A DNA stretch of 64,000 bases from Candidatus Latescibacterota bacterium (GTDB taxonomy: Bacteria; Latescibacterota; UBA2968; GCA-2709665): contig OZ220733.1 in NCBI GenBank assembly GCA_965116875.1, positions 4,864,001 through 4,928,000 of the forward strand, read 5' to 3'. A program made the position numbers and the translations under genes. This document shows, piece by piece, positions 1 through 9,785 of the stretch. The notes below the pieces were generated by a model. The model was not told the DNA's origin. It was given only the letters and a program-made list of their open reading frames with translations, and did no database searches. The first letter of the stretch is position 1; the number at the start of each line of letters is the position of its first letter.

Positions 1-726
1 CGGCCCCCTGGCGCCATTCACCAGAATCGCGCTGTCTTTCATGAGTGAGAATTCCCGCGAACCGATCATACCGCGACTGTCGTCAGTCAGCGCCACGTGC
101 ATGCTGACGACGTCGGCCTTCGAAAGCAACTCATCCAGCGCTACGAAACGCACGCCCAGCCTTTCGGCCCGCTCCTCAGACGGATGGTACGTCCACGCAA
201 TGACCTCCATCCCGATCGCGCGCCCGAGCCTGGCCATTTCGGCCCCGCTGTTTCCAGCGCCCACAATGCCCAGTACCTTGCCCTGGAGGTAGATGCCGTC
301 CATCCTGGGCCACTCGCCCGCCTGCATGCGTTTCGTGAAATACGCCGCGCGTTTCGCCGCGGCGAACATCAGTCCGAACATGTGCTCGGCCACCACCGGC
401 GCCGTCCGTCCAGGCTGATTGCAGATCACGATCCCGTGGTCGCGGGCAGCGTCGAGGTCGAACATGTCCGTGCCGATCGAGCAACTCGTTATCATCCGCA
501 GACCGGGCAACCGTTCGAATTCCTCCCGGCCCCAGGTAACGACCCCCCGCGTGTTTATGATGACGCCCGCACCCTGCGCGCGTTCGACTTTCTCAGCGGT
601 CGACTCCGGCCTCGAGTCGTACAAAACCACCTGTCCGTATGGCGCGAGGCGGTCCAGGTGACCGGACCCGGCGATCATCACGGGATCGTCTCCCGGGACC
701 ACCATCCTGACGGTTCCCTCTCCCAT
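1..726 (-). CDS. D-isomer-specific 2-hydroxyacid dehydrogenase (3' end runs off window; absent from ORF track)
   Basis: Manual translation MGEGTVRMVVPGDDP...SIGTDMFDLDAARDHGIVICNQPG...VAEH...LQGKVLGIVGAGNSG...ADVVSMHVALT...ILVNGARG; GGAGG RBS upstream. Confidence 0.9.
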   Translation of the reverse strand, partial: MGEGTVRMVVPGDDPVMIAGSGHLDRLAPYGQVVLYDSRPESTAEKVERAQGAGVIINTRGVVTWGREEFERLPGLRMITSCSIGTDMFDLDAARDHGIVICNQPGRTAPVVAEHMFGLMFAAAKRAAYFTKRMQAGEWPRMDGIYLQGKVLGIVGAGNSGAEMARLGRAIGMEVIAWTYHPSEERAERLGVRFVALDELLSKADVVSMHVALTDDSRGMIGSREFSLMKDSAILVNGARGP

Positions 727-809
727 TTCATACCCTCCAGTGTTTCCTTTTCTGACGACGCGGGTGCGGAACGCCGTGCACAATCGCGCGGTTGAACGTC
801 CTGAATCGC

Positions 810-2000
810 CTACTCGCCCTTTGCCGATCGCCCCGGACCATCCGAGGCCAGAGTGGACAACGCACAAAGCAGCAGGTCGATCTCCTCCTCGAGAAGGAAA
901 AAAGGAACGCTGGCGCGGAGTCCGCGCCGCGTTGTGTCGAACGCCTTGACGACGATGCGCCAGCGTCTCCTCAGCGCATCCCTTACGTCCGGAGGCTGCC
1001 ATCCATCCAGGTTGAATGCGACCAGGGCGGCAGACTGTTCGGGGCGCACGGGCGTGATCAGCCTGACGCCCGGAATCTCGGTCAACCCCTGCTTCAAACG
1101 GGTTGTCAGCGACGCGGTGCGCGCCCAGATCGCCTCGAGTCCGATGCCCGTAAGGTATTCCACCGCAACGCCCCACGCATGAACAAGCGGCCAGGACCAT
1201 GGCCCGAATTCAAACCTCTCCGAACTTTCCTTGAGTGCAAATCGATCTTCCCGGAAGTCCACCCACGCCTGCGCGCGCCCGCCGGCATAGGTAACGCGGA
1301 TCCGATCCCTGCTGTCCTTTCTCGCGTACAGGGCCCCTGCGGCGTAAGGCGAATACATCCACTTGTAGGAGAGAATTCCGGCAAAATCGCAGCCGAGTCC
1401 GTTCAGGTCGATCGGGTACAACCCAGCTGAATGCGCCATGTCCAGAAAACTGATAACGCCGCGCTCCCTTGCCGCGGCACAGATCCGTTCGGCGGGCAGA
1501 CGGTACCCGGTTTCGGAAATGACATGGCTCAGCCCGATGAGCCGCGTGCGCTCCGTGATTCGCGTGACGACCGCCTCCACCTGCTCGTCCGGATCGTCCG
1601 CCAGAGGTACCTTGTCCACGACAACGCCGTACAGGTCGCGCAAATGCAGGCAGGGCACCAGCAGCGCCACCTCCTCTTCTTCCGAGATCAGGATGCGGTC
1701 ACCGGGATGCCAGTCCAGGCCGCGTATGACGGTCTGAAACGCTTCGCTCACGCCACGCATCAGGGCCAGGTCGCCGGGCGTAACGCCGAAAAACGACGTC
1801 AGCTTCTCCCGGGTCCGCTCGCGACGGGGATATTCCTCGTCCGGAAAGGCAATGTGCATTGGACCGCGTTCCCACAGTTCCCGCATCAGTCCGATATGCG
1901 CCTTCGCCACGGGCGCCGGGGTAATGCTCACGCCCCCGTTCTGGAACCAGACGAAGGTATCCAATGCCGGAAAGTCCGACCTGATCCTTCCGATATCCAT
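810..2000 (-). CDS. PLP-dependent class V aminotransferase-fold enzyme (CefD/EgtE/SufS-like, lacking the desulfurase Cys)
   Basis: IRSDFPAL start, SHV, DMAHSAG, SYKW (PLP Lys), RFEFG, LRAS; no RxGxHC loop. Confidence 0.85.
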   Translation of the reverse strand: MDIGRIRSDFPALDTFVWFQNGGVSITPAPVAKAHIGLMRELWERGPMHIAFPDEEYPRRERTREKLTSFFGVTPGDLALMRGVSEAFQTVIRGLDWHPGDRILISEEEEVALLVPCLHLRDLYGVVVDKVPLADDPDEQVEAVVTRITERTRLIGLSHVISETGYRLPAERICAAARERGVISFLDMAHSAGLYPIDLNGLGCDFAGILSYKWMYSPYAAGALYARKDSRDRIRVTYAGGRAQAWVDFREDRFALKESSERFEFGPWSWPLVHAWGVAVEYLTGIGLEAIWARTASLTTRLKQGLTEIPGVRLITPVRPEQSAALVAFNLDGWQPPDVRDALRRRWRIVVKAFDTTRRGLRASVPFFLLEEEIDLLLCALSTLASDGPGRSAKGE

Positions 2001-2069
2001 TGTTCCGTGCCCCGATTGTATTCCTGAAATCCGAAACCCGCGTCCGGCATCCCTGTGCGGCCCGTCGCA

Positions 2070-2975
2070 CTACTGCCAGTGGGCGGGCAGAATAACGTCC
2101 TTCAGTCCCAGATGGCGCGCGATCCAACGCTCCTGAAAGACGCCATCCTTGTAGCGGGAGTGCTCCGAGTTGCGGACCTCCGCGGCGCCCGGCATGGCGT
2201 GGACCATCGCCCCGAGCAACCGCCGGCTGCCCCAGAGCAGGGTCGGCACTGTGATCCCCGGAACAAAAAACAGGGGGTCGAAATAGGAAACCGTGCGTGC
2301 GACCCGGTCGCGGCGGTCAGGGAACTGGCGCAGGTACTCGTTGACCTCTTCCAGCGGATAGCTGTCCGTTCCCTCCGCCCGGTCCATCGTGCCATAGAAG
2401 AAGGACGGGGAAGCGACAACGTGCGTCATTCCGCCGCGTAGCGCCGCGGCAAGCAGCGGCATCTCGTTCTGTCCGATCCCCACGATTCGTTTCCGGTCCG
2501 CTTCCGGGCGGGTGAGCACATAGTCCATCGCACGGCAACAGTCGGCCACGATACCTCGCAGGACGTAGGCCTCGGGGTCTTCGATGCCGTCCACGAACAG
2601 CCCGGGGAACGACGCGGAATAGGGTACGTCGGCGTTGCGTTGTCCCCGTGCCGCCATCGCGAAAACCAGGAAACGGCCCTGCTTTTCGATTGCGTCTCCC
2701 TGCGGAAGCGGCTCCACCACGCTCTGCAGACGCGTGAAATACACCAGTGCCGGAAATGGACCCTCCCCGTGGGGGATACTCAGATAGCCGAACAGCCGGT
2801 ACGGCCCGATGCCCGTGAAACGCACACCGTATGTCGTTGAGAAATCGGTACACCGGATCGGCATGACTTCCGCCTCGGGCGCCATCGGGGTGGCGTCCAG
2901 CGCTTCCATCGTGCGACTCCAGTACGCATCGAAATCATCGGGCCTGGACGTAGTCGGTTGGAAGTGATCGTGCAT
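2070..2975 (-). CDS. CE7 acetylxylan esterase-like protein with degenerate nucleophile elbow
   Basis: RPDDFDAYW, RGQ, YVLRGIVADC, YPLEE, SYFD motifs shared with upstream paralog; GQNEM replaces GxSQGG. Confidence 0.8.
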   Translation of the reverse strand: MHDHFQPTTSRPDDFDAYWSRTMEALDATPMAPEAEVMPIRCTDFSTTYGVRFTGIGPYRLFGYLSIPHGEGPFPALVYFTRLQSVVEPLPQGDAIEKQGRFLVFAMAARGQRNADVPYSASFPGLFVDGIEDPEAYVLRGIVADCCRAMDYVLTRPEADRKRIVGIGQNEMPLLAAALRGGMTHVVASPSFFYGTMDRAEGTDSYPLEEVNEYLRQFPDRRDRVARTVSYFDPLFFVPGITVPTLLWGSRRLLGAMVHAMPGAAEVRNSEHSRYKDGVFQERWIARHLGLKDVILPAHWQ

Positions 2976-3032
2976 CGACGCGTTCTCCGTGATCCTGGAG
3001 GGCAGCTGAAGTCCGGCCTCCGGGATTCGCAG

Positions 3033-3962
3033 TCAAGGGTGATTCTTCAGATGTTTCTCGAAAAATGCGCGTATCACGGCGCCGTGCTCCACGGCGCCCG
3101 CATCGTGTCCGTGGCCGTCGTAGGCATACATTCGCTTGTTGCTCGACGCGATTGCGCGGAAAGCCGCGTACCCGGTTTCCGGTGGACAGATATTGTCCTG
3201 CAGACCCACGTTGACGATGATCGGACACGAAATCAGCGGTCCGAAGTGAATCCCGTCGAAATACCCGAGCGTCTGCCTTACAGCGGCCTCCCTCTCGGGA
3301 TACAGCCTCAGATAGTCGCGTATTTCCTGATAGGGATAGGTATGTGTGAGCTGGATCGCGTCCATGAATCCGCACAGATAGGGCGCTCCCGCGGCCCCGG
3401 CCCTCGGGTTTCTCAGCGCGGCAACCACAAGCGTCAACCCGCCGCCCTGACTGCTTCCGGTCACGCCGATCCGCTCTGAATCCACCTCCTCCCTGCCCGC
3501 CATAAAGTCGAATCCGCGCACGGCATCGATATAAAACCCGCGATAGGAGTAGGTATTCCGGTCCACGATGTTGTGCGTCAACAGCCCTGGATATCCGGGA
3601 TTGAACTGTCCGTTGCTCCTGAGTTTTCCCCGCGGTGCGACGCTGAAAACCGCGTACCCCTCAAGGGCTTCCTGTTTTGGCAAACGGGGTTCCCCGATGT
3701 ACCCTGGAACATGGAGGATCGCGGGCAGCGTCCTCTCGCGTCTCACAGGCAGGCAGTACCAGCCCGCGATCCTGACGTCGTCGATACTGTCGAAGTGGAC
3801 GTCAAAAACGTCCACTTCGGGGGTGGACCGCAGCGAGCTGTGTTCCACGGAACTGTTCAGGGGAATTCGCTCCGCGGAATCGACCACGTCGGTCCAGAAC
3901 GCATCGAAATCACCGGGGCGCACCATGGATGAACCGTAATTCTCAATTGCGACTCTTCCCAT
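3033..3962 (-). CDS. CE7 acetylxylan esterase / cephalosporin-C deacetylase
   Basis: RPGDFDAFW, GSSQGG (Ser), GLQDNICPP (Asp), GHGH (His). Confidence 0.9.
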   Translation of the reverse strand: MGRVAIENYGSSMVRPGDFDAFWTDVVDSAERIPLNSSVEHSSLRSTPEVDVFDVHFDSIDDVRIAGWYCLPVRRERTLPAILHVPGYIGEPRLPKQEALEGYAVFSVAPRGKLRSNGQFNPGYPGLLTHNIVDRNTYSYRGFYIDAVRGFDFMAGREEVDSERIGVTGSSQGGGLTLVVAALRNPRAGAAGAPYLCGFMDAIQLTHTYPYQEIRDYLRLYPEREAAVRQTLGYFDGIHFGPLISCPIIVNVGLQDNICPPETGYAAFRAIASSNKRMYAYDGHGHDAGAVEHGAVIRAFFEKHLKNHP

Positions 3963-3987
3963 GCAACCTCCGTCTGTTTGCGAACGG

Positions 3988-5922
3988 TCAGCCCGTTGGG
4001 CCGAACGCCCGGACGACGACGGAACTCTCCGCTCCGCGGCGTCCGAATGCGTTCACGGGCCTCACGGACAGCGTGTTCACCTGCCCGTTCAGGCGCCACT
4101 CGAAGGCGGACTCCGCTCTTTCCTGCCAGATCCCGCTATCGATGCGTACTTCGAATCCCCTCAAATTCGCGGTTTCCGTATCCAGCATCACGCGAAGCGT
4201 ATCCGGTTCGTCTGCCTGCTGAAGGTGAATCTCGGCCCGATTCAGCGTCCAGTAGAGGTCTCCCGGACGCTCCGTACGTTCGGAGAACCAGGGCAACGGC
4301 GTGGTGTCCGCGTCCTGCCAGAACAGATATCTGTTAAAATGGTAGGAGATCTTTCCATGCTCTGGCTCTCCCGGCCCCATGGTTTCCAGTTCGTCGTTCC
4401 GAAGGGAGATCATGAACCGTTCGAACAACCGCAAGCGCTCCTTCACCTGAAATCTCCCGGCAATCGATGGCGGCGGCTCCGGGACGATTCCTACGTCTGC
4501 AAAATCCTGTTCCACCCACGCGCGGTGCGCTTCCAGCGCCGAGAGCGGCACCCCCCGGCGTTCGAAGTGGTACGTGAATTTCGTCTCGTCGTTGGAATCT
4601 CCGCCGACGTCCATGGCCACCCATTTGCCGTGCTCGTTCGACCAGACTTCGTTGATGCAGTGTGAACGCATGATCTGGGTGCGCGCTGTGAATCCCAGCG
4701 CCGCGGCGCAATGTGACATCACGGTCGCATAGTGCGTACACATTCCGAGGCTCAGCTTACGGCTTGCGAGACTCAGTATGACCATGGCGTCCCAAGGAGG
4801 ACAGAAGTCGATGTCACCCATGTTCCAGCCGTCCTCCCATTGCTCCCTCACCCACTGCCGCAGATGAAGGAACGCCTCGAACTCGGATTTCGCGGGACGG
4901 ATGACATCGTCGAGTTTCCAGCGATCCCTCAGGATCCGTCCCCGTTTTGAATCCGCCGGCAGATGTGAAAACCGGTAGGAACTGCGAACCAGCGCAGGGT
5001 TTTGGGAACCGACGATGCGGGCCGCCGGCCTGGCAGCCCGTGACGTGACCGCAAGCGATACTGCCACCACCTCAGGCGTCTGCGACGGCTGATCGGTCTG
5101 CAGGACGATACGCCACTGCAAGAACCGGACGGCGCCGCCCGGAACGATTGATTCGGATGCCGGCGCCCACGCCGTCCAGGTCTTCGGGCAGTAAGCCGGA
5201 CACGATCCGCCACGCCACTGCAGTCGCGCGGAACAACCCTCGGGCGTCCGGACGTCGGCCGACAACCGGATCTCGTCCACGCGGCCCGCGGCGGCAATCC
5301 CGCCCTCCGAAACAAGCCCGAGCAAATCCACGGCATTGGAACAGACTTCGCCCGATGCGACAAATTGGTCCAGCCAGAGCCGGACCATGTACTCCCCGCG
5401 GGCGCGGTCATTGACGCCCATAGACTCCGTACGCCAGGTCTGACCGCCGTCGTCGCTTACGGCGCTTCGCCCCGGCTGAACACTCTCCTCCACCAGAAGT
5501 GTCCACACGGCGTCGCCGAGGGCCCTGAAAATCACCTCGTTGCGACCCTCCCTGAGCCAGCCGGCGGAAATCTCCAGCGGCCGCCACCGGTCCTGCCAGT
5601 ATTCGCGGTCACCCGACCAGCCGACCCTCAGCGAATGACCGTTTACCAGGACCTCCATCCCACCGTCGGCCCGGTCACAAAGGAGGTACGGACAGAGAAG
5701 CGCGCCGGAAGCATCCACTGACGGGATGAGAAACGACTTGCGGGCCTGCCGCAGCCCGAAAATCTCTTCCCGATCGTTCGTACTGCAATTGCCCATTTCG
5801 TCCGCGACCGTAACGCCGCGCCGGAGCAGGACGGTGTTTCCAGGGACGGAGATTCCCCTGCCTGTACACGCCACGAAATCCCGGCGGGACCGCCAGACTC
5901 TGGTGCCGTGCGCCAACGTCAT
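3988..5922 (-). CDS. Transglutaminase-like (Cys-His-Asp) multidomain protein
   Basis: GMCTHYA, SHCINEVW, KWVAMD triad pattern; Asp-box SDDGGQTW; GGAGG RBS. Confidence 0.75.
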   Translation of the reverse strand: MTLAHGTRVWRSRRDFVACTGRGISVPGNTVLLRRGVTVADEMGNCSTNDREEIFGLRQARKSFLIPSVDASGALLCPYLLCDRADGGMEVLVNGHSLRVGWSGDREYWQDRWRPLEISAGWLREGRNEVIFRALGDAVWTLLVEESVQPGRSAVSDDGGQTWRTESMGVNDRARGEYMVRLWLDQFVASGEVCSNAVDLLGLVSEGGIAAAGRVDEIRLSADVRTPEGCSARLQWRGGSCPAYCPKTWTAWAPASESIVPGGAVRFLQWRIVLQTDQPSQTPEVVAVSLAVTSRAARPAARIVGSQNPALVRSSYRFSHLPADSKRGRILRDRWKLDDVIRPAKSEFEAFLHLRQWVREQWEDGWNMGDIDFCPPWDAMVILSLASRKLSLGMCTHYATVMSHCAAALGFTARTQIMRSHCINEVWSNEHGKWVAMDVGGDSNDETKFTYHFERRGVPLSALEAHRAWVEQDFADVGIVPEPPPSIAGRFQVKERLRLFERFMISLRNDELETMGPGEPEHGKISYHFNRYLFWQDADTTPLPWFSERTERPGDLYWTLNRAEIHLQQADEPDTLRVMLDTETANLRGFEVRIDSGIWQERAESAFEWRLNGQVNTLSVRPVNAFGRRGAESSVVVRAFGPTG

Positions 5923-6179
5923 GCCCACCTCCCGTTGAGATCGATAATTTGCGCCGTCATCGGTGATTCACTATATTTGGAAACCCGCGTGTGCCGGCGG
6001 CAACAGGGGGGATGTCCGCCCGGTTTCCATTGGCCCTTCCGGGGCGACAAACAGACCGCGCGAACCGGCGCCCGCACCGGTTTAATTCGGAAAAACACCG
6101 GAAACGACGCCGATGCAACGGGTGAACGCCCGGATTCCGGCGAAGCGAGTCCACGGGAACCCGCAACAGGGATTGTCTC

Positions 6180-7652
6180 ATGCAAGGTGGAGACATCGTC
6201 CGCATTGGACATCTGAAGACCATCGAGGCTTTTCAGAAACGCCTCGAGGACCTCTGCCTGGCGTTGCCATCCGACAGGGACATCCTCACAGCGACCGATT
6301 CTCCACTCGCACAACCCTTCCCTTTCAGCCCGGAATCCATCGGCAATCGGTTTGCAATCCATCCAATGGAAGGATGGGACGGGCTCACCGATGGAAATCC
6401 TTCGGATTACACCCGCCGCCGGTGGCGCCATTTCGGACTCAGCGGAGCAAAACTGATCTGGGGAGGGGAGGCGATTGCCGTTCGACCCGAGGCCCGTGCA
6501 AACCCCAACCAGCTGTACGCGGCGGAACACACCCGCCGCGGCCTCGCCGAACTGCTGGAGATCCTTCGAGCAGCCCATCGACAACACGTTGGCGGCACGG
6601 ACGATCTGGTTGTCGGTCTGCAACTCACGCACTCGGGACGGTTCTGCCGGCCCACGCACGAAAGCGGGATGGAACCCAGAATCCTGTACAGGCACCCCAT
6701 CCTGGACTCCAGATTCGGTTTGGGACCGAAGCACCCCGTGATGTCAGATGCGGAGATACGATCCGTTATAGACGATTACGTGAAAGCCGCGCGAATGGCG
6801 GCTGATCTGGGCTACCAGTTCGTGGACGTCAAACATTGCCACGGTTATCTGGGACACGAATTCCTGAGCGCCGTCACACGCGACGGTCCCTACGGAGGCA
6901 CGCTCGAAAACCGGACCCGATTTCTCCGTGAGATTGTACAGGGCATCCGGGCCGTCGCTCCGGATCTCCGGATTGGTGTGCGACTGAGCGCGTTTGACTT
7001 TGTTCCGTTCCGGCCGGACCCGAAACGGTCTGACGGTTCCAGAAAGGGCGCCGGCGTACCGGAAGACTTCGACCACTGTCTGCCTTATGCATTCGGATTC
7101 GGCGCCAATCCCAAAAATCCCGTGGTACCAGACCTCACCGAACCCTATCAGTTTCTCGACTTACTCGAACGTCTGGGCATACAACTGGTCAATCTTTCGG
7201 CCGGCAGCCCGTATTACAACCCCCACATTCAGCGTCCCGCGTATTATCCGCCCTCAGACGGATACCAGCCTCCTGAAGATCCCCTCGTTGGCGTCGCGCG
7301 CCAGATTGACGTGGTTCGGCGGATCAAGGCACGGCATCCCGACCTGATTGTGGTGGGTACAGGCTATTCTTACCTTCAGGAATTCCTGCCGCACGTCGCT
7401 CAAGCGCTCGTTCGCAATCAACAGGTCGACTTTATCGGCCTGGGCAGGATGGTCCTTTCCTATCCACAGCTTCCTCTGGACGTACTCAGGAAAGGAGAAT
7501 TAAACACCAGGGTAATCTGTCGGACGTTCAGTGACTGCACGACCGCTCCCAGGAACGGGATGATATCGGGTTGCTTTCCACTGGATACGAACTATAAAAA
7601 AACCCCTGAAGCCAAACGCCTCAGGGAAATTAAGAAAGCCCTCCGTTCCTAG
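6180..7652 (+). CDS. NADH:flavin oxidoreductase (Old Yellow Enzyme family)
   Basis: [46 protein letters not shown]-terminal Cys cluster. Confidence 0.88.
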   Translation: MQGGDIVRIGHLKTIEAFQKRLEDLCLALPSDRDILTATDSPLAQPFPFSPESIGNRFAIHPMEGWDGLTDGNPSDYTRRRWRHFGLSGAKLIWGGEAIAVRPEARANPNQLYAAEHTRRGLAELLEILRAAHRQHVGGTDDLVVGLQLTHSGRFCRPTHESGMEPRILYRHPILDSRFGLGPKHPVMSDAEIRSVIDDYVKAARMAADLGYQFVDVKHCHGYLGHEFLSAVTRDGPYGGTLENRTRFLREIVQGIRAVAPDLRIGVRLSAFDFVPFRPDPKRSDGSRKGAGVPEDFDHCLPYAFGFGANPKNPVVPDLTEPYQFLDLLERLGIQLVNLSAGSPYYNPHIQRPAYYPPSDGYQPPEDPLVGVARQIDVVRRIKARHPDLIVVGTGYSYLQEFLPHVAQALVRNQQVDFIGLGRMVLSYPQLPLDVLRKGELNTRVICRTFSDCTTAPRNGMISGCFPLDTNYKKTPEAKRLREIKKALRS

Positions 7653-7698
7653 CAAGGGTAAAGCGGCGCGCCGCCCGGTAGCGCCGCGCATGGTGCGC

Positions 7699-8508
7699 TC
7701 AACCCGGTCTGGCATCCACCACATCCACGGATTTCAGGACGAAGACTTCCTCCAAATTGAAAAAATCGACGCTGGGACGTAACTGGACTTCCCTGAAAAG
7801 CGCCTGATCGCGTTCACCCACGCGTGAGACCATACCGATTAGAAGACCCTTGGGAAAAACACCGCCCAAACCGGAGGAGATCACCCTGTCGCCCTCTGAC
7901 ACCTCGCTGCGTACCGACACATGTCTCAGAAAAAAGTTGCCGTTTTCGCACGTCACGATGCCCGAGGTCCGTTTATCGCGCTGCACGATCGCGCTCACCC
8001 TGCAATTTCGATCCAGCAACAACTGAACCACGGAAGTGTGCGGGTGAACCTCGAGTACCCGTCCGACGAGCCCGTCCGCGGTTACCACCGGCATGCGTTT
8101 CCCCACCCCGTCCGCCGCACCCATATCCAGGAGTACCGTGTTCAGTATGCGGTTCGGGTCCCTGGCGACCACCCTTGCCACCAGGTAGATGCCTTCCGCC
8201 TTTGTACGAAAGTCGAGCAACGCTCGAAGCCTGAGATTCTCCATTCGCGCTTCACGGAGTTCCAGCAATTCGAGCGAGATGCGCAGATTCTGGTCCCGCA
8301 GAACACGATTCTCATGGCGAAGCCTGGAGAGTTCCATCGGCCATGTAAACAAACCGTGCCCGGCCTTCATCAGTCCGGTGGCGATGCCCCTTGCCATCGC
8401 CACACTTTCAGATCGGCCAAGCGCCATGAGACTGAACGACACAAGGACAGCCACGCCCAGCACGACATAGGCACGGTGCCCGCGCAAAAAAACAAACAGC
8501 CACTGCAT
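7699..8508 (-). CDS. mreC: Rod shape-determining protein MreC
   Basis: N-terminal TM, coiled coil ENLRLRALL, GLVGRV, SSGLGGVFPKGL; follows mreB. Confidence 0.95.
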   Translation of the reverse strand: MQWLFVFLRGHRAYVVLGVAVLVSFSLMALGRSESVAMARGIATGLMKAGHGLFTWPMELSRLRHENRVLRDQNLRISLELLELREARMENLRLRALLDFRTKAEGIYLVARVVARDPNRILNTVLLDMGAADGVGKRMPVVTADGLVGRVLEVHPHTSVVQLLLDRNCRVSAIVQRDKRTSGIVTCENGNFFLRHVSVRSEVSEGDRVISSGLGGVFPKGLLIGMVSRVGERDQALFREVQLRPSVDFFNLEEVFVLKSVDVVDARPG

Positions 8509-8530
8509 CGGTCATCCAAACCATTGTGGA

Positions 8531-9550
8531 CTACAATAGCATTTTCTGATACAGGTCGATATTCTCGAGAACACGTCCGGTACCGCGGACAACACAGGTT
8601 AGCGGGTCGTCCGCTACGATAACGGGCAGGCCCGTTTCTTCCATCAGCCTGCGATCCAGTCCGCGCAGCAGCGCCCCGCCGCCCGTGAGGATGATTCCCC
8701 TGTCCAGAATATCGGCTGCCAGTTCGGGCGGCGTCTGCTCCAGGGTCTGCCGCACGGCTTCCAGAATAGAACTCACCGTACTGTTCAGCGCCTCCCGAAT
8801 CTGCACGGAATCGATGATGATTGTCTTCGGGATAAAGGAGACCGTATCCAGGCCCCTGCACGGATGCTGGAATTCGCTGTCCAGATCGCCGGCGGAACCG
8901 ATTTCACACTTGATCTGCTCCGCGCTCCGTTCTCCGACCAGAAGGTTGTGTTTTCGTCTGAGCATTGTCATGATGGCCTGGTTCATCCCGTCGCCCGCGA
9001 TCTTTATTGATCTCGAGGTCACGATACCCGACAGGGCAATCACCGCGATTTCGGTGGTACCGCCACCGATGTCGATGACCATGGACCCCACCGCCTCTTC
9101 AACGGGCAGGCCGATACCGATGGCCGCAGCCATTGGCTCCGTAATGATATACACCTCGCGGGCGCCCGCGCGCTCCGCGGATTCCCTGACCGCCCGCATT
9201 TCAACGGCAGTCACCCCCGAAGGCACGCAGATCACGATCCGCGGGCGTACGAGAAGCCTGTTTTTCTGAACCTTGCGGATGAAATGCCGAAGCATCTCTT
9301 CCGTCACGTCGAAATCGGCGATGACACCGTTCCGCAGGGGACGTATGACATCGATATCGGGGTTCTGGCGCCCCATCATCTGCTTGGCGTGGGAGCCAAT
9401 GGCAAGTGGTTTGCGGGAATTGCGATCCAGCGCCACCACTGAAGGCTCGTCGACCACGATATTCTGCCCCTTGACATAAACCAGGGTATTGGCCGTACCC
9501 AGATCGATACCGATGTCGTTGGACAGCAGTCTGGAAAGAAAAAAAGCCAT
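8531..9550 (-). CDS. mreB: Rod shape-determining protein MreB
   Basis: DIGIDLGTANT, EPMAAAIG, DIGGGTTE, LTGGGALL; the longer ORF start runs into a MITE. Confidence 0.97.
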   Translation of the reverse strand: MAFFLSRLLSNDIGIDLGTANTLVYVKGQNIVVDEPSVVALDRNSRKPLAIGSHAKQMMGRQNPDIDVIRPLRNGVIADFDVTEEMLRHFIRKVQKNRLLVRPRIVICVPSGVTAVEMRAVRESAERAGAREVYIITEPMAAAIGIGLPVEEAVGSMVIDIGGGTTEIAVIALSGIVTSRSIKIAGDGMNQAIMTMLRRKHNLLVGERSAEQIKCEIGSAGDLDSEFQHPCRGLDTVSFIPKTIIIDSVQIREALNSTVSSILEAVRQTLEQTPPELAADILDRGIILTGGGALLRGLDRRLMEETGLPVIVADDPLTCVVRGTGRVLENIDLYQKMLL

Positions 9551-9567
9551 AGCGATTCGATCCCTAA

Positions 9568-9777
9568 CAGTCCGTTGATAAAGTCGCTCTGCAGGCATGC
9601 CAGTGAAGTTCTGGCAGGCAGGCGAGGCTTGGTGTTCCGCCCCGGAAATAGATTGCCATTGTGGTCGAAGACAAGGCGCGCAACCGAGTCCCATCCTGCG
9701 ATTCGGCGAGGAAGCGCAGCGAAGGTTTTCGACCGCAAGGGCCGGCCGCAGCCCGGATGGGCTTTTTCAACGGACTG
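9568..9777. mobile_element. 210-bp MITE with 16-bp terminal inverted repeats and CTAA target-site duplication (IS5/IS1182-like ends)
   Basis: Left end CAGTCCGTTGATAAAG; right end CTTTTTCAACGGACTG (15/16 inverted match); CTAA at 9564-9567 and 9778-9781; no transposase. Confidence 0.75.
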
Positions 9778-9785
9778 CTAACGGG

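Noticed and set aside
810-2000. Cysteine desulfurase (SufS/IscS) call
   Set aside because: The catalytic Cys loop is absent and there are no suf/isc neighbours.
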